Assembly (NCBI GenBank): GCA_038496445.1
Contig: JALMLS010000360.1
Coordinates: 233 to 64,232, forward strand
DNA length: 64,000 nt
Reading direction: 5' to 3'
DNA from: Trichosphaerium sp. ATCC 40318
Lineage: Eukaryota; Protista; Tubulinea
Made by a program: the position numbers and the translations under genes. Position 1 is the stretch's first letter. The number at the start of each line of letters is the position of its first letter. Shown here one piece after another: positions 39,068 to 51,140 of the stretch. The notes under the pieces are model-generated. The model did no database searches. It had not been told where the DNA came from and saw nothing but the letters and a program-made list of their open reading frames with translations.

Positions 39068-42000
39068 TTAATTCTTCCCAGTTTCAAGACGAGCTATTTT
39101 ATCCAGTACTTCAGCAAGCCTTGCTTGTAAGTTATTGTTGGTTTCTTGTAACTCAGCAATGTATTTTTTCTGATTTGCAATACTATGGGATAAGTTTCTG
39201 TTGGCTTGCTCCAGATCCTCATTACTTGGTTTTTGTTCGGCATTGAGATTATTGTTTGACTCTTCTTCATCAGGCTCTACATGAGAAGCCCATAGTTTTC
39301 TTGTATTGCCAATTAGCAAAAAGAATAGAAGTGTAATTCTTACCGGCTACTAATGAAGTTGTCGTCATCAGAATTGTATACGTCATCTGAGTCATCTGAA
39401 TTATTACCAGACACAACCTGTTCATTTGGTTTATTTATGTTTATATTCTTCTTCATGGCTCTATCGCTTTTCTTTGGCTCGATGTCTTTCCTTTTCGGTA
39501 CCACTTTGATGATGTAACGAGCAATGGTTTGATTATCTGAACTCATCATAAGTAAGAACTAAATAAATACCATTTGTTTCTTGATTGTACCTTGTGCAAC
39601 AACAAGCTCATCGTACACTGCTGTTTTTAGTTTCCCTTCTTTCAGAGGTTTACCTGAGTGGTCTACCAACGCGTAATGGCTTTGGTATCCTGGCTTTATT
39701 GGGTTCCCTCTTAAGACGTCATTTGAATGGACCTTAAGATAAAAAAGTTAACGTGGCTATATATGTTGATTACTTACAGGATATGTATTGCCAGGCGTGA
39801 CAAAACTTAGGATAAGGGTATTTTCTCCTTTTCCTGAGGCATCATATGAACAAGCGTATTTGATACTCCTCTGATATTCAAAGAAAAATGTGAGCACGTG
39901 CATAATTTAAACGGTTTTGTTTAGCGTACAGTGAAGTAAATGCCTTGACCATAGTAACCAGCATCCAAAGAGCTCACAGTCCCAAAACCAGCTGCTACAA
40001 TACTGTACGCAGCTTCTTCACTAGCTCCATGTACCATCAATATCACTGGTAACTAAAAACAAGATTGTAAGCACGATTTGAGCAGGACTACTTACATCTA
40101 CTGCTGAAGCGTCATCAGCATCAGTTGATCCATTTTGTGGAGCGAGTGCCTCATACTTTTGGTAAACAGCATCTCTGTAATCCTTATTAATATTATCTTC
40201 CTTCCATTCCTGCTTTTTAAACAAGTTTGGTAGATCCCTTTAAATAGAGGTTAGAATTACAAGGGCAATCAATACCATAATTTGTTCTTTTGGATATCGT
40301 ACTGATGTCTGTATTTCAATAGTTTGTTGGCTCTTCCAAAGGTTTCAGTCAAGATATCGTTACAAACTAGAGTTGCTTCTACAAGATTGTATTTGTTGAA
40401 ACCATGCATTGTTGACAATTCTTGTTTTAGGATGTTTAATTCTCTTACAGCTACTTTATCATTTGTATCAAGAAGGTTCAGTGTTCTGTAATGAGTCGCA
40501 TTTGATACAAACCCACTTAAAAAAAAATTACATAGTTAAAAATAAATACAACAATATTGAACGCACGTGACTTTAGATCTGTCCCAATTGTATGAGTAAT
40601 TCAGTCGTGGATTTATATCCCATCTGCGTTTGCTTTTTAATCCTTACAGTTTGTTGTAAACAAAACTAGGTACAAAACACTAACTTCCTACCTGTAGTGC
40701 ATTTGGTAGCTTCTAAATCGTCATATTGCTCTGAATTATCACCCCACATGTCTTTAGGAAGGTCGTAAAGAATACCTTTCATTAATTCTCCGTCCCCTTT
40801 CCAAAAATCCTGAGGAGAAAAAAAAAACAAGTGTTAGGAAGATATTGTTGAATGATTTTCTGGTTTGTGTGTTATTATCAGGTAACGTACTTGCGAAAAT
40901 GCAAGCTTGGGATCACATATTGTACAAATTAAATGACAAATACCTTTTACCATTGCCAGTTCAAAATAAGAACGTGTTGGCTGGGCATGTATTAGTAGGT
41001 ACTGTATATTCTTAGCATACCAATTGTTGCAGCCATGCATTAATATCTGCCGCTGTTAACTCTCCATCTCTGCTTGATTTATGTTTGCTTTTGAAGTATG
41101 AACAAGAGAGCCATAGATCACGTGATTGTTGAAAATATGGTAGGAGTTTTAAAACATTAATGAACAACTCAACAGACCCAGATTCTTGTAAGTGAATCAT
41201 GTTGATTAACAGTACTCGAAAAAAGTCTTGCCAAAGTTTTGTAGACGGCAAAATGCCGCCAGTTTCTTTTAGTAAAGTGAAGAATAATGAAGTCATTATT
41301 CCTGAATCTAAACACAAAATAAGTCCTCGGTCAATTTACAAACAAGTGACAAACACACCATGATTAAGAGTTTCTTCATCAAAGCTGATAGGTGCAATAT
41401 TCGCCATTGCTTTGAGTAGCATCACAACTGCATTCAAGCCCGCATGCGCTGTAGAAAGAAGTGAGTTACAGTCTATATTAATATCTTGTTACATCACCTG
41501 CATAAAGTAGAGGTGTCTCTCCTTTATTATTAGCTATGTCAATAGTGGCGTTTGCTTTTATTAACATAGACACAACTTTATTGTTATATTCTTTAACTAC
41601 AGCAATGTTAGTTCTTGTAGACTATTTACGACTGTCACATTACCTGCATGAAATAAAGCTGTATTTCCGTCATTATCAGCTGCGTCAACGTTTGCATTTC
41701 CTGCGATCAAGATTGACATCACCTCACAACTACTCCTAAGACTTAAACGTGCTAAAAATAAAGTGAGTTTCAAAAAAAAGTTTTGTCTATCGTGTGATAC
41801 AAAGGTACCTGCATAGATCAAAGGAGTCTCTCCCTCGTTGTTGGTGGCATCAATATTGGCATTTGCTTTTACCAGCATTGATAAAACTTTAAGGTGAGAA
41901 TAGAGGACTAAAGGAAAATATCAGTATCAGCCGCTAGTTTTTATTCTGTTGTGCCACCTGCTGTATGTAAAGCTGTATTTCCTTCTTTATCCTTTGCGTC

Positions 42001-43953
42001 GATATTTGCATTCGCTTGAATTAACATTGAAACCCTTTCTTTATATCCCTGTTGTACTACAGGCAACATAAGTTAACCGAAATTAATTGGATAAGAACTT
42101 GACATGTTACCTGATAGAATTAAGGGCGTATTTCCATATGAATCAACAACTTCAGTATTTGCTTTTGCTGCTAGCAACATTGAAATGTCAAAAACATCTT
42201 CACTATACTGCACTTAAAGGAAACGTGAGTTAGAATTTATGTGGGTTAAGCACAGTTACCTGCAAAATATAAAGCTGTTTCACCTTGTTTTGTGGCAGCG
42301 TTTACGTTTGCTTTTGCTTCAATTAACATTGCCACAGCTTCTGAGTTTTTATTACTTGCTTTATTGTAGGGTGAGTGACAGCTGTTGTACAGACTGTTGT
42401 GGTATTACCTGCGTAAAGTAAAGCTGTGTTTCCGTATTTATCAACTCCAATTTCGGTGTTTGCGCCTGCTCCGATTAGCATTGAAATGACTTTGTTGTTA
42501 CTACATTCCACTATAGGTTGTCAATCAATTGTTTTGAATGGTATTTGAAGTGACGTTACCTGCATAAAGTAAAGCTGTCTTGCCATCTTTATCAACAACA
42601 TCAACATTCGCTTTTACATTTAATAACAGTGAACAAATTTCAGTAAACTTATCACCGTTGTTCTCAGCTAAAGTAAAAAATGAGAACGTCATTTAGAATG
42701 TAGAATTTGAGGAATATTTGAGGAATATTTGAGGAATGTACGTGTACGGAATTACTACTCTACGCCCAACCACAAAGTATAAAAAGGTAAGGTTTTTTCT
42801 CGCTATACGCTGTAATGCTAGTTTTGTTGGTGGCTGTTGGTACTGTCGCGTGAGTGCAAAAGAAGATTTTTACTAATTAAATGCACTGAAGGATGCGAAA
42901 ATACTATAGGTCTTTGTGTGACTTCATAAGAGCAAGCATTTTTTTTTACAAACAAATAAAATAAGTGTAAAATACTTTTTGTAGCACGTTACCTGCATAA
43001 AGTAAAGCTGTTTTGCCATATTTTTTATCAGCAACTTCTATATTTGCGTTTACTTTTATTAACACGGAAACAATACTGGTGTTACCGTATTGAGCTAAAA
43101 GAAAGTGTGACTTGTTTAAGTTAAGAAAAACTTGTGACTTTCACCTGCACAAAGTAAAGCTGTCTCTCCTCGTTTGTTAGTAGCATCAACATTGGCCTTT
43201 GCTGCAATCAACATTGACACAATTTCTACTGTACATGGTCTGCATCCGTACACTAAGGCAATTGAGCAAGCTGCAGTTATGACACAACAATATTACCTGT
43301 ATTAAGTAAAACTGAGTTTTCGTCTTTATCAACAGCATTGACGTCAGCATCGGCTTTGATTAGTAAGGATACAGTTTCTTTTTGTTCTAAATGGCGATGT
43401 GAGTTGCACATTGTATCTGTGATATTATTACCTGCATACATCAAAGCTGTCCATCCATCTTCATCAACAGCATTAACATTTGCATTGGCTTTGATTAGTA
43501 TTGATACAACTTCATTGTGTCCATTTTGTGCTAATCAATGATGAGTTAACGTTGTATCTCACCTGATATGTTACCCGCCCACATCAAAGGTGTCAATTTG
43601 CGGTTATCAACAACATCAATATTTGCATTTGCGTTTAGTAATGCAGACACAATTAAACTGTATCCTTCTTTGGCTAACAAAATACAAAAAAATAAGTTTA
43701 CTTATTCGCAATTACGTCACGTGTGACGCTGATATTACCTGCACAATGTAAAGCTGTTTCTCCAGTTTTAATATCAAGAGTATCAATATCACTATTCGAA
43801 TCCGCCTTTAGTAAAGTTGACGAAACCATTTTAATATCCCCAGTACGCACTACAGTCAAGCCATGAGAAAGAATTAATGTATTTCCTGCTGTTACCTGCG
43901 TGGAGTAAATCTGTCGCATTATTTGGGTTTTCTTTGCCTGGTGTTTCCGCCAT
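39068..43953 (-). CDS. Ankyrin-repeat / PARP-type ADP-ribosyltransferase / short coiled-coil protein (copy B)
   Basis: ATG 43953 (MAETPGKENPNNATDLLHA). About 14 single-repeat ankyrin exons with phase-1 introns. Central region homologous to copy A. LMVHGAS, GYYGQGIYFT, IKYACSY, VYDELVV. Intron positions match copy A. Not every ankyrin junction was checked. Confidence 0.88.
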
Positions 43954-44738
43954 AACGCGTTGTCACTAGCGTAGTTGTTTTAAAATTACACCGGAAAGTA
44001 TGATGATTGTTAGTGTGTACGGTAAACAGTTTACCGTAACGCTGTTAATGGTTGGACGTAAGGATAAATATGTTAATCTCGCGGAGAGTTAATACTTGTA
44101 TTGATTTCTATTCGCGAAAAAAAATTAGCGTAAAAAAGGTATCACGTGATTTCTTCGTAGAAGTACGCATTCCAACTTTTGAGTGATAATATCTGGAGTT
44201 TCTCATGTACTGCTAAAGCGGTGAGAAATAGAGTAGAGGTTCCACCATACTCCAGAGTGAGTGTGTTAATACACGACAAGACGCTATCTAGCGTTAGGAA
44301 AACCACCGAAATGTTCGTAACGAAATAATAATATGATATATTTTGTTCGCAAGGAATTTCTACCGTACTAGATCGATAGACGGCTTTTGGGAGGGAAGCC
44401 AAAGTTTACTCGGTAACCTACGCACTGCATGATGTGTACTGTTGCAAAACATGTAAGGAGAATCTGTTTATTACATAAAGGAAGCTCATTGTTTGCTTAC
44501 ATTCAAACAATAATGCTTTCTATTGGTAACATGACAAGTTCTGGATACACCCTGTGGATAGCACACAAGAACCTGCCAATGAAGTCCTTTAAGAATAGCG
44601 AGTTATCTATATAGAATTCTGGTAATAGTAAAATATTTAAAGCTAAAAAAGCCTTTTGATTGAAATGTCCTTGACACGACTCCATTAAGTAAGTAAAGGG
44701 CAAAGTATGGGTGTTCCATTAATTGTTAAGGAAGAAAC

Positions 44739-45329
44739 CTACTTAAAGGGCAATTTATTCATTTCAAAGACCTTTACACACTTTCCATTTCGATAGAACG
44801 AATGAATATCTATAACTCCATCAGGATACCACCTTCTATAATCTCCATCTGGCTCGCCATTGACACATTCGAAAAACTCATTAACACTACCATTCGAATG
44901 CCATCTCTTAAACTCGCCTTCTCGTAAACCATTCTTGTAAGTACATTGACAAGACATGTTACCATTACGATGCCAAGAAGTATATTCTCCATCCAATTTC
45001 CCATTTTTATAGGAACAACAAGTTTTCTTGGCAATAGCATGTTCTTTATTCCATAGTTTACCGTCTCTATGCGTAACATACCATGTCTCATGCCTACCAT
45101 GTAATACACCATTTTGAAAGCACGTGCGTGACTTTAAAACTCGATAATACGAGAATTTAAGGAAAACACCATTCTTTTCTAGTATATAGTCATATCTTGA
45201 TGTTGTTGCTGTTTGGTGGTTTAATAACGGCCATTTTAGGTATACTTCCGTGTCTAGTGAGATTATCATGTGCTGAAGCTCTAAAGGTATTGCCAAAATG
45301 ATACTTTCACGTGAGTTCTTTAGTCCCAT
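44739..45329 (-). CDS. Intronless F-box-like + MORN-variant (MORN_2/YwqK-like) repeat protein
   Basis: N-terminal ILAIPLELQHMII (F-box-like LPxE motif). 24-aa repeats YKNGKLDGEYTSWHRNG / YKNGLREGEFKRWHSNG. Confidence 0.8.
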   Translation of the reverse strand: MGLKNSRESIILAIPLELQHMIISLDTEVYLKWPLLNHQTATTSRYDYILEKNGVFLKFSYYRVLKSRTCFQNGVLHGRHETWYVTHRDGKLWNKEHAIAKKTCCSYKNGKLDGEYTSWHRNGNMSCQCTYKNGLREGEFKRWHSNGSVNEFFECVNGEPDGDYRRWYPDGVIDIHSFYRNGKCVKVFEMNKLPFK

Positions 45330-45616
45330 TACAACTCAAATATTGCACATCCCAAGTCACTTAAACTAGCATCGGGCTTAAGATATTAAAGGTAATGAGT
45401 TTCCTTTCCATTGACATGGTAGCCGACACGAATGTGGTTCTCAGATATCATCTCGGTGCGTATTGTAAGTTTTTTTTACAGTTCTACGTTCAATAGCACA
45501 TGAGATACTAATTCTATTTACAATTGCCCAAGATCTCAGTGTCAAGGATGAAAAACCCATGCAAAGTAATCAATGTCTAATAAAGTGTTTATTCTGACAA
45601 GATTGTTTAATACTTT

Positions 45617-48600
45617 CTAGTTTCTTGGAATAGTGTATCCCTCTGGTTTTACAATAGCAACCCAATCTTGGGAGTTTGGTGCAGTAATCCTAGAGCTACT
45701 TACTCTTCTTGGAGCTCTGTATTGTCCAGTTCTTGGATCAAAGAATATTGCCTCCCATCTACCTGAACCGAGCTCTGCTCCTACGTTCAAGGTACCACCT
45801 GTAGGTAATGATACCACGAAAAATCTAGAGTGCTTAAAGCAATAACCATTACCCAAGTTGCTTGCACAAGGTCTCATACTGACAAAAGGTATTCTAAACA
45901 AAGTTGAACTAAACTGTTACAATAATAAAGAATGCCTTACCGTTGCATAAAATCGATAGCATGTTTTGTCCAGCCCCAAACAGAGTTACGAGATCTGAAA
46001 TCTTCTAAGTTGAGATCGTTATGAGCTTGTTGGTATCCAAAATACCATTCACAGCCGGCACCACCTAAAAGAAAGTCAAAGATATCTCCTTCCATTTCTT
46101 TGACTTCTTACCTTGTAAGAGCGATCCCCAAAGAACTTTTGTTCTAACTTCAATATGATTTGCGTTTGGTGGGTCAGGGCGGACACCAGTCTGGGCAGGT
46201 CCTATCTCATCAGAAGTGAGAATCCATTTAGGTCCTCTGCTTTCCTGCGAATGCTTGTTAGCGTGGAAGTATGGCGCCAATGGCATACTGTAGCTTGCCA
46301 CCACTTTTTTACTTCGGCAGCAACATTATCTATCCTAGTTTGAATAGAAGCTCCAAGGAAGTTTGATTTACCAACAAGAGGGCGATAGACTTTCTCCTAA
46401 AGAAAAAAGAAAAATATGAGAACGATTTTAAAATTTCGAGAAAAAACCAAATAACTGCCGTCTAGACATACGTGATCGGATCCGTATGTATGGACAACTA
46501 TCAAGTGCTTATAAGCATCCAATCTATCGATATAATCTGTAAATTGAGAACGTTGAGAGTCAGTATTAGTGTTTTCTTCACCAAGATTCCACGTGATTGC
46601 AAGATGGTATCCAAAACGAGCAACAAGTTCTCTGTAGTATACTTTTCTTTGTCTTCCCAAAGCACCTCCATCAAGTTGTTGATCATTTTCAGTTTCCTGA
46701 GTAACAATATGGAGCATAACACCTGTTGCGGAAATGATAAGAACCACGGCAGGAGAGTAGTAGTAGAAACATACCTTTAGTGTCCATATGCGTAAATACA
46801 ACATCCCATTGCGCCAATTTACTCACATCAAACTTGAAACGTTCATTTTTGTTGATCCAAGGGTACACATCCTTACCTTTAGAAACAAGGTAAGTACTCA
46901 CATCATTTCACAAAAAAGCATTATACCATCTCCCAAAGGAGCATTCATAGTCAAGAAATAGATAGAGTTCATTCCCTTTGAAGCAAGATAGTTCACAGCA
47001 CCGATAATATTCTTTCCCTTGTTTCCTTTGAATACAGGATCTCCAGATCTCCAATCACGTGCGTGTGGATTGTAACGATGAGTACTAGGCGTATTATCAA
47101 ACTCATAGTATGCTAAGACCCAAGTTAGAAGAAGTTGAGACACGAACAACACAGAATATCGTACCCAAGAAGTTTTCGGGAGAATCAGCACCTCCCTTGA
47201 TGAAGTAGTCTTTTGTTCTTGAGTATTGCATGTAGTGTTCGCCTACGTATTCTAGAATACCGTTGTTCCTACAACGCTGATGAGAAGGGATTATTCTCAT
47301 TGTTAACAGTGCAACACTACCTCTTATCACCACCTATGCCACCAATATTGAACGTTCCAGAAGCACCATTAAAAGAAGTTACTTGCCCAGCTGTAGATGA
47401 GAGCGACTTTGCTACGTCGTTACCAGTACGAAAAGAAGCTGTGACTGAGTAGGTTCCTAAAGAGGAATCAACATGTGCCTTCTCTATAGCAAGAACCAGA
47501 GCGCACCTGTGAATGGAGGTGTAAAAATACAGCGCCATTTGTTGCCGGAAGTGGCTGAGGTTTCAGCAGCGTTACCATCAGCAGCAAAGAAACCAGGAAT
47601 AGTCCACGAACCGCCACCACGTCTAAATACGCAATTAAGCCTGAAATTTGTGAAAGTGGCTGCGTCAGTCTCTCTTCTTTGTGGTCCAGTAAACGTTACC
47701 TAAAATAACAAATGAGACTAAGTGTAAGGGCAAGATGGGCTCTAATGTTCGTACATAGACTGGATGAAAGCGATGTCCATCTGTTATAATTGTAGGTGCA
47801 GTTCTCATTGGTCATGGGGGTGCAGGAGTGGATCCACCGTTTCTTGTAATTTCAAACCAGTTGAAGTTTAAGCTATTAACGTTGAACTTGATTCGAATGA
47901 TATGTTTGCCAGCAGATACTGATCCAATATCAGCTCCGTATGTACGCCAAACTTGATGGCCTGTAAAGAAGTTGTAAGAACACTAGTTGTAATGTCAAGC
48001 AAAGAAAGCGTACCTCCAGTAGCAGTAAATGAGATTGTGGCTTTTTTGCTGCCGTCAATAAGAACGTCGAAAGACTTTCTTGCACTACCACTTGCTGCAA
48101 CACGTGCGTTGATTCTAAATGAACCCGTCGATATAAAGTATTCGCCAGAAGTTACCCAACCAACATTACAACCACCGCCAGAATCAGTGGTTCTTTGCAA
48201 GTCAACTCTGTTTGTACCACCTTGATCAGCTCCGCATGATTCACCGCCTTACAAAATTAATAAGTTACAGGCTTGTTACAGTACCTGAATTGCCAGCGGA
48301 AGAATCCAAGAATCTGTTGAATTTTTCAGCTTGCGTTTTACCAGGTGCAGATCCAGCAACAGTATTGACAACTAAAACACAGTAAGGTTTGCTAGTTGTT
48401 GAAAAGAAAAAAAAGAAGTAGAAATATTGTACTTTTAAAGTTTCTGTTAAACGTAGAAGACGCTCTTCCTGTTGCACCTGCTCCAGAGTGTGCTTTTACT
48501 GCAAGAGTATGGCTTCCGTATAAATTACTAGAAGGCCATTCGTTAGGGATAGGTCCATCGTCACCATGTAAATAGAAAGGGGCAATATTTTCTATTGCGT

Positions 48601-48883
48601 TTATGCTTCCATCAAGAAGAAAAGATACAGAAGCACCAGATGCTTCGGCTCTTACTGCAAGCTTTCTACCATAGATAAAAGTGCTATAGATATCACCATT
48701 TTGGATAGTTTTAAGAGTATTGCCAGAACTAGCGGATACCAAGCGTAAATTGTTTACCGATTGTGTGTACACCTAAAAATAAAAGTCACGTTTTGTTATC
48801 ACGTGATAAAAAGAACTTTAAAAAAATGTCCAATGTACCTGTGCGCATATTGATAATGCGACAAGGATCAGTATAAGCTTCAT
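45617..48883 (-). CDS. Secreted CBM6 + DUF5060 + glycoside-hydrolase-like barrel protein of bacterial type, multi-exon
   Basis: Signal [18 protein letters not shown]6-like [46 protein letters not shown]5060-like [28 protein letters not shown]. Core motifs [41 protein letters not shown]. Confidence 0.82.
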
Positions 48884-48900
48884 GTTGGTGTTGCTTTCAG

Positions 48901-49149
48901 GGGGCTATAGTTTTTCCGAATTTTCCGAAAACAAAAATTCGAATTCGTAGAAAGATGCATAGCTAGGGCAGTCCACTAAACTAGAAAGCCTGGTTCACTT
49001 ACGGTCGGGTCCTCGCTGTGCTCGGAACTAGAACCCGACCTTCGCTCACATATAGTGATCCATTGGTGGGTATAGGCATTCGGTTTTTGTATCGAATTCT
49101 ATTTTTTCGAATTTTTTCTTTCGAAAAATTCGGAAAAAACGTGGGTCCG
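48901..49149. mobile_element. MITE-like element, copy 1 (~250 bp), 8-bp TSD
   Basis: Subterminal inverted repeats GTTTTTCCGAATTTTCCGAAA / TTTCGAAAAATTCGGAAAAAAC. GCTTTCAG duplicated at 48893-48900 and 49150-49157. Near-identical inverted copy at 59598-59855. Confidence 0.85.
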
Positions 49150-51140
49150 GCTTTCAGCTGTTGATGTTTTGCTTGTGTTGAGCTTATGAAAATGATTTAA
49201 ACATAGTTCACAATTAAGCACAAATATGGCGAACAAATACTGTTGGCTTTTAAACTGTGTTCTGGTATTCGGGGAAGATAGCGCCATGGTTATAAAGTAT
49301 ATTGACGGAGATATAAAGCAAAAAGTGCTGGGTTGTTGTGCAAAAACTAATCCGATATTTTAATCCTCCTTTTTGCCAGTGTACTAACAATGTAGGTGCT
49401 TGTATTCGTTTACTAGTGTACTAGCGGTGAGATAGCGGGTAAAACTAAGTTGTGCACAATGAGTTTTATTTTAGATTTCTGACAACAAGTTTTGCCAAAG
49501 GAGTTTTACAATGCTCTAAAGCCAAAAAAGTAAACAAGCTTTATGTGATTTGTACTTCTCAGGGCCTACCTTATTCGGTTACAACTAAACACTGTACCCC
49601 TTGAGTACGATTACACGAGACCCAAGCAAAAGTCCTTGGCGCTAAGTACTAACGAAGAAATATATGAAGAAATAAAAATTCGCCAACAATTAACATCGTG
49701 CTCGGGATAAATTGCCCGAGTATTGTCGCAAACCATTAGCTGGAGTATTTTTGTAATTGTTAACATTAGATCTAAAACAGTAGTCGCTCGTAAAAGCATT
49801 TACTTAGCAAGGCACACATAGCACGTGATTGCAAAAATCGGTTTAAACTGCTTTTTCTTTAAGAACACAGAGCGTCCTGTAGCTAGTGGTCAATGTGAGC
49901 ACGTGCTGGTAAACGTTTCTTTTTCGCTAGCGGATTAAAAACCCAAATATTGTACCTTGGCGTGTATGAACGTGATAGAAGGTGAAGCACGAAGTTTACT
50001 ACACATCGAAAATCAGGAACCAGAGCTGGTAATAAATAATACGGTAAATGCGGTGCAAGGTTACCCCGGTTCAGTTATCTACGACGTGCTAAAGTACGTA
50101 AGCTTGCAGTGTAAAATAAGAGCAAATACACTCATTTTAACAGTAGTGGATGGTAAGACATCAATTTCTTTTATCGTCTATTCAAATTTTGAAGAGAACT
50201 GATCTTTACAAACGTACGTGCAGGATCCGTGTTAGTTACCAGTATTACGTATTTCCGATAAGTGCAACAAAGGTCAAAATACAGCTTGTCTAAATAACAA
50301 AGTATAGCATTCAAAGAGCAAAATGTACCTAAGTGCCATTCTATCACGTAAGGTGACAAACTCAGTGAACACTTGAACAAAAAAAGATCCAGACTCCGAA
50401 GAGCATACGGTGCATTGACCACTATGCAATTAGACCAAATGACTAGACCGAAGTCTAGCCTGGAATCGTACTAAGGCTCTGGCAAAGCGAGCAGATACTA
50501 CTGCATCTATCGCTCAACACAAATTTTAAACGGGTAGTTGTCAATAAAAAATAACTTGGGAAAGCTCCTATTTGGCGGAAAGTGAAGTTAACAGCGCAAC
50601 AGTGAGTTAACGACATATAAGTAAACTGAACTTTTGATGCTTTGATGAGTTTTCAAAATGACTTCGACAACGCACAAAAAGGTGCCAAGACTATCGCTTA
50701 TTCGCTCACTTACCTCCGCAATTACGTCTATATAGCATGCGGGTTAAATTTGTCTTTTGCGTTAATCTCTTCATACGACACTTTCGATTGTTGTTACTGG
50801 ACTTCACCTGTTGTGTTGCCTAAATATTATGTCGTCTGTAACCAAAATACTTTAAATGGCAATAAACCAGCTTTAATTTGCATAATTTATTATACCTACG
50901 CCATTATACTACTCTAGCCAATATCTGTGGAGGTACTGGCCGAAAAATTAAGATTCTTGTTCTCTAATACATGTACATACGATATACGCACTAAAATACT
51001 CATTTCAAACCTTTAGAGACTTACTGGTTAATCGTACAACAAAATACACGTAAAGGTACTTGTTGCGCTCGCTCGACCACAAAGAGTGGCTTTGGGTGTT
51101 TTGAGGTGCTTTGTGTATCTGCCAGCCGTCAACACAATTC

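Noticed and set aside
42705-42737. ATTTGAGGAAT x3 in the single long intron of copy B
   Set aside because: A simple slippage-type microrepeat with no TIR or TSD evidence of an inserted element.
39068-45329. Bacterial-style toxin-antitoxin pair (YwqK-like gene + ADP-ribosyltransferase)
   Set aside because: The YwqK similarity is only the generic MORN-variant repeat. Copy A has no such neighbour, and the other MORN gene has no adjacent toxin.
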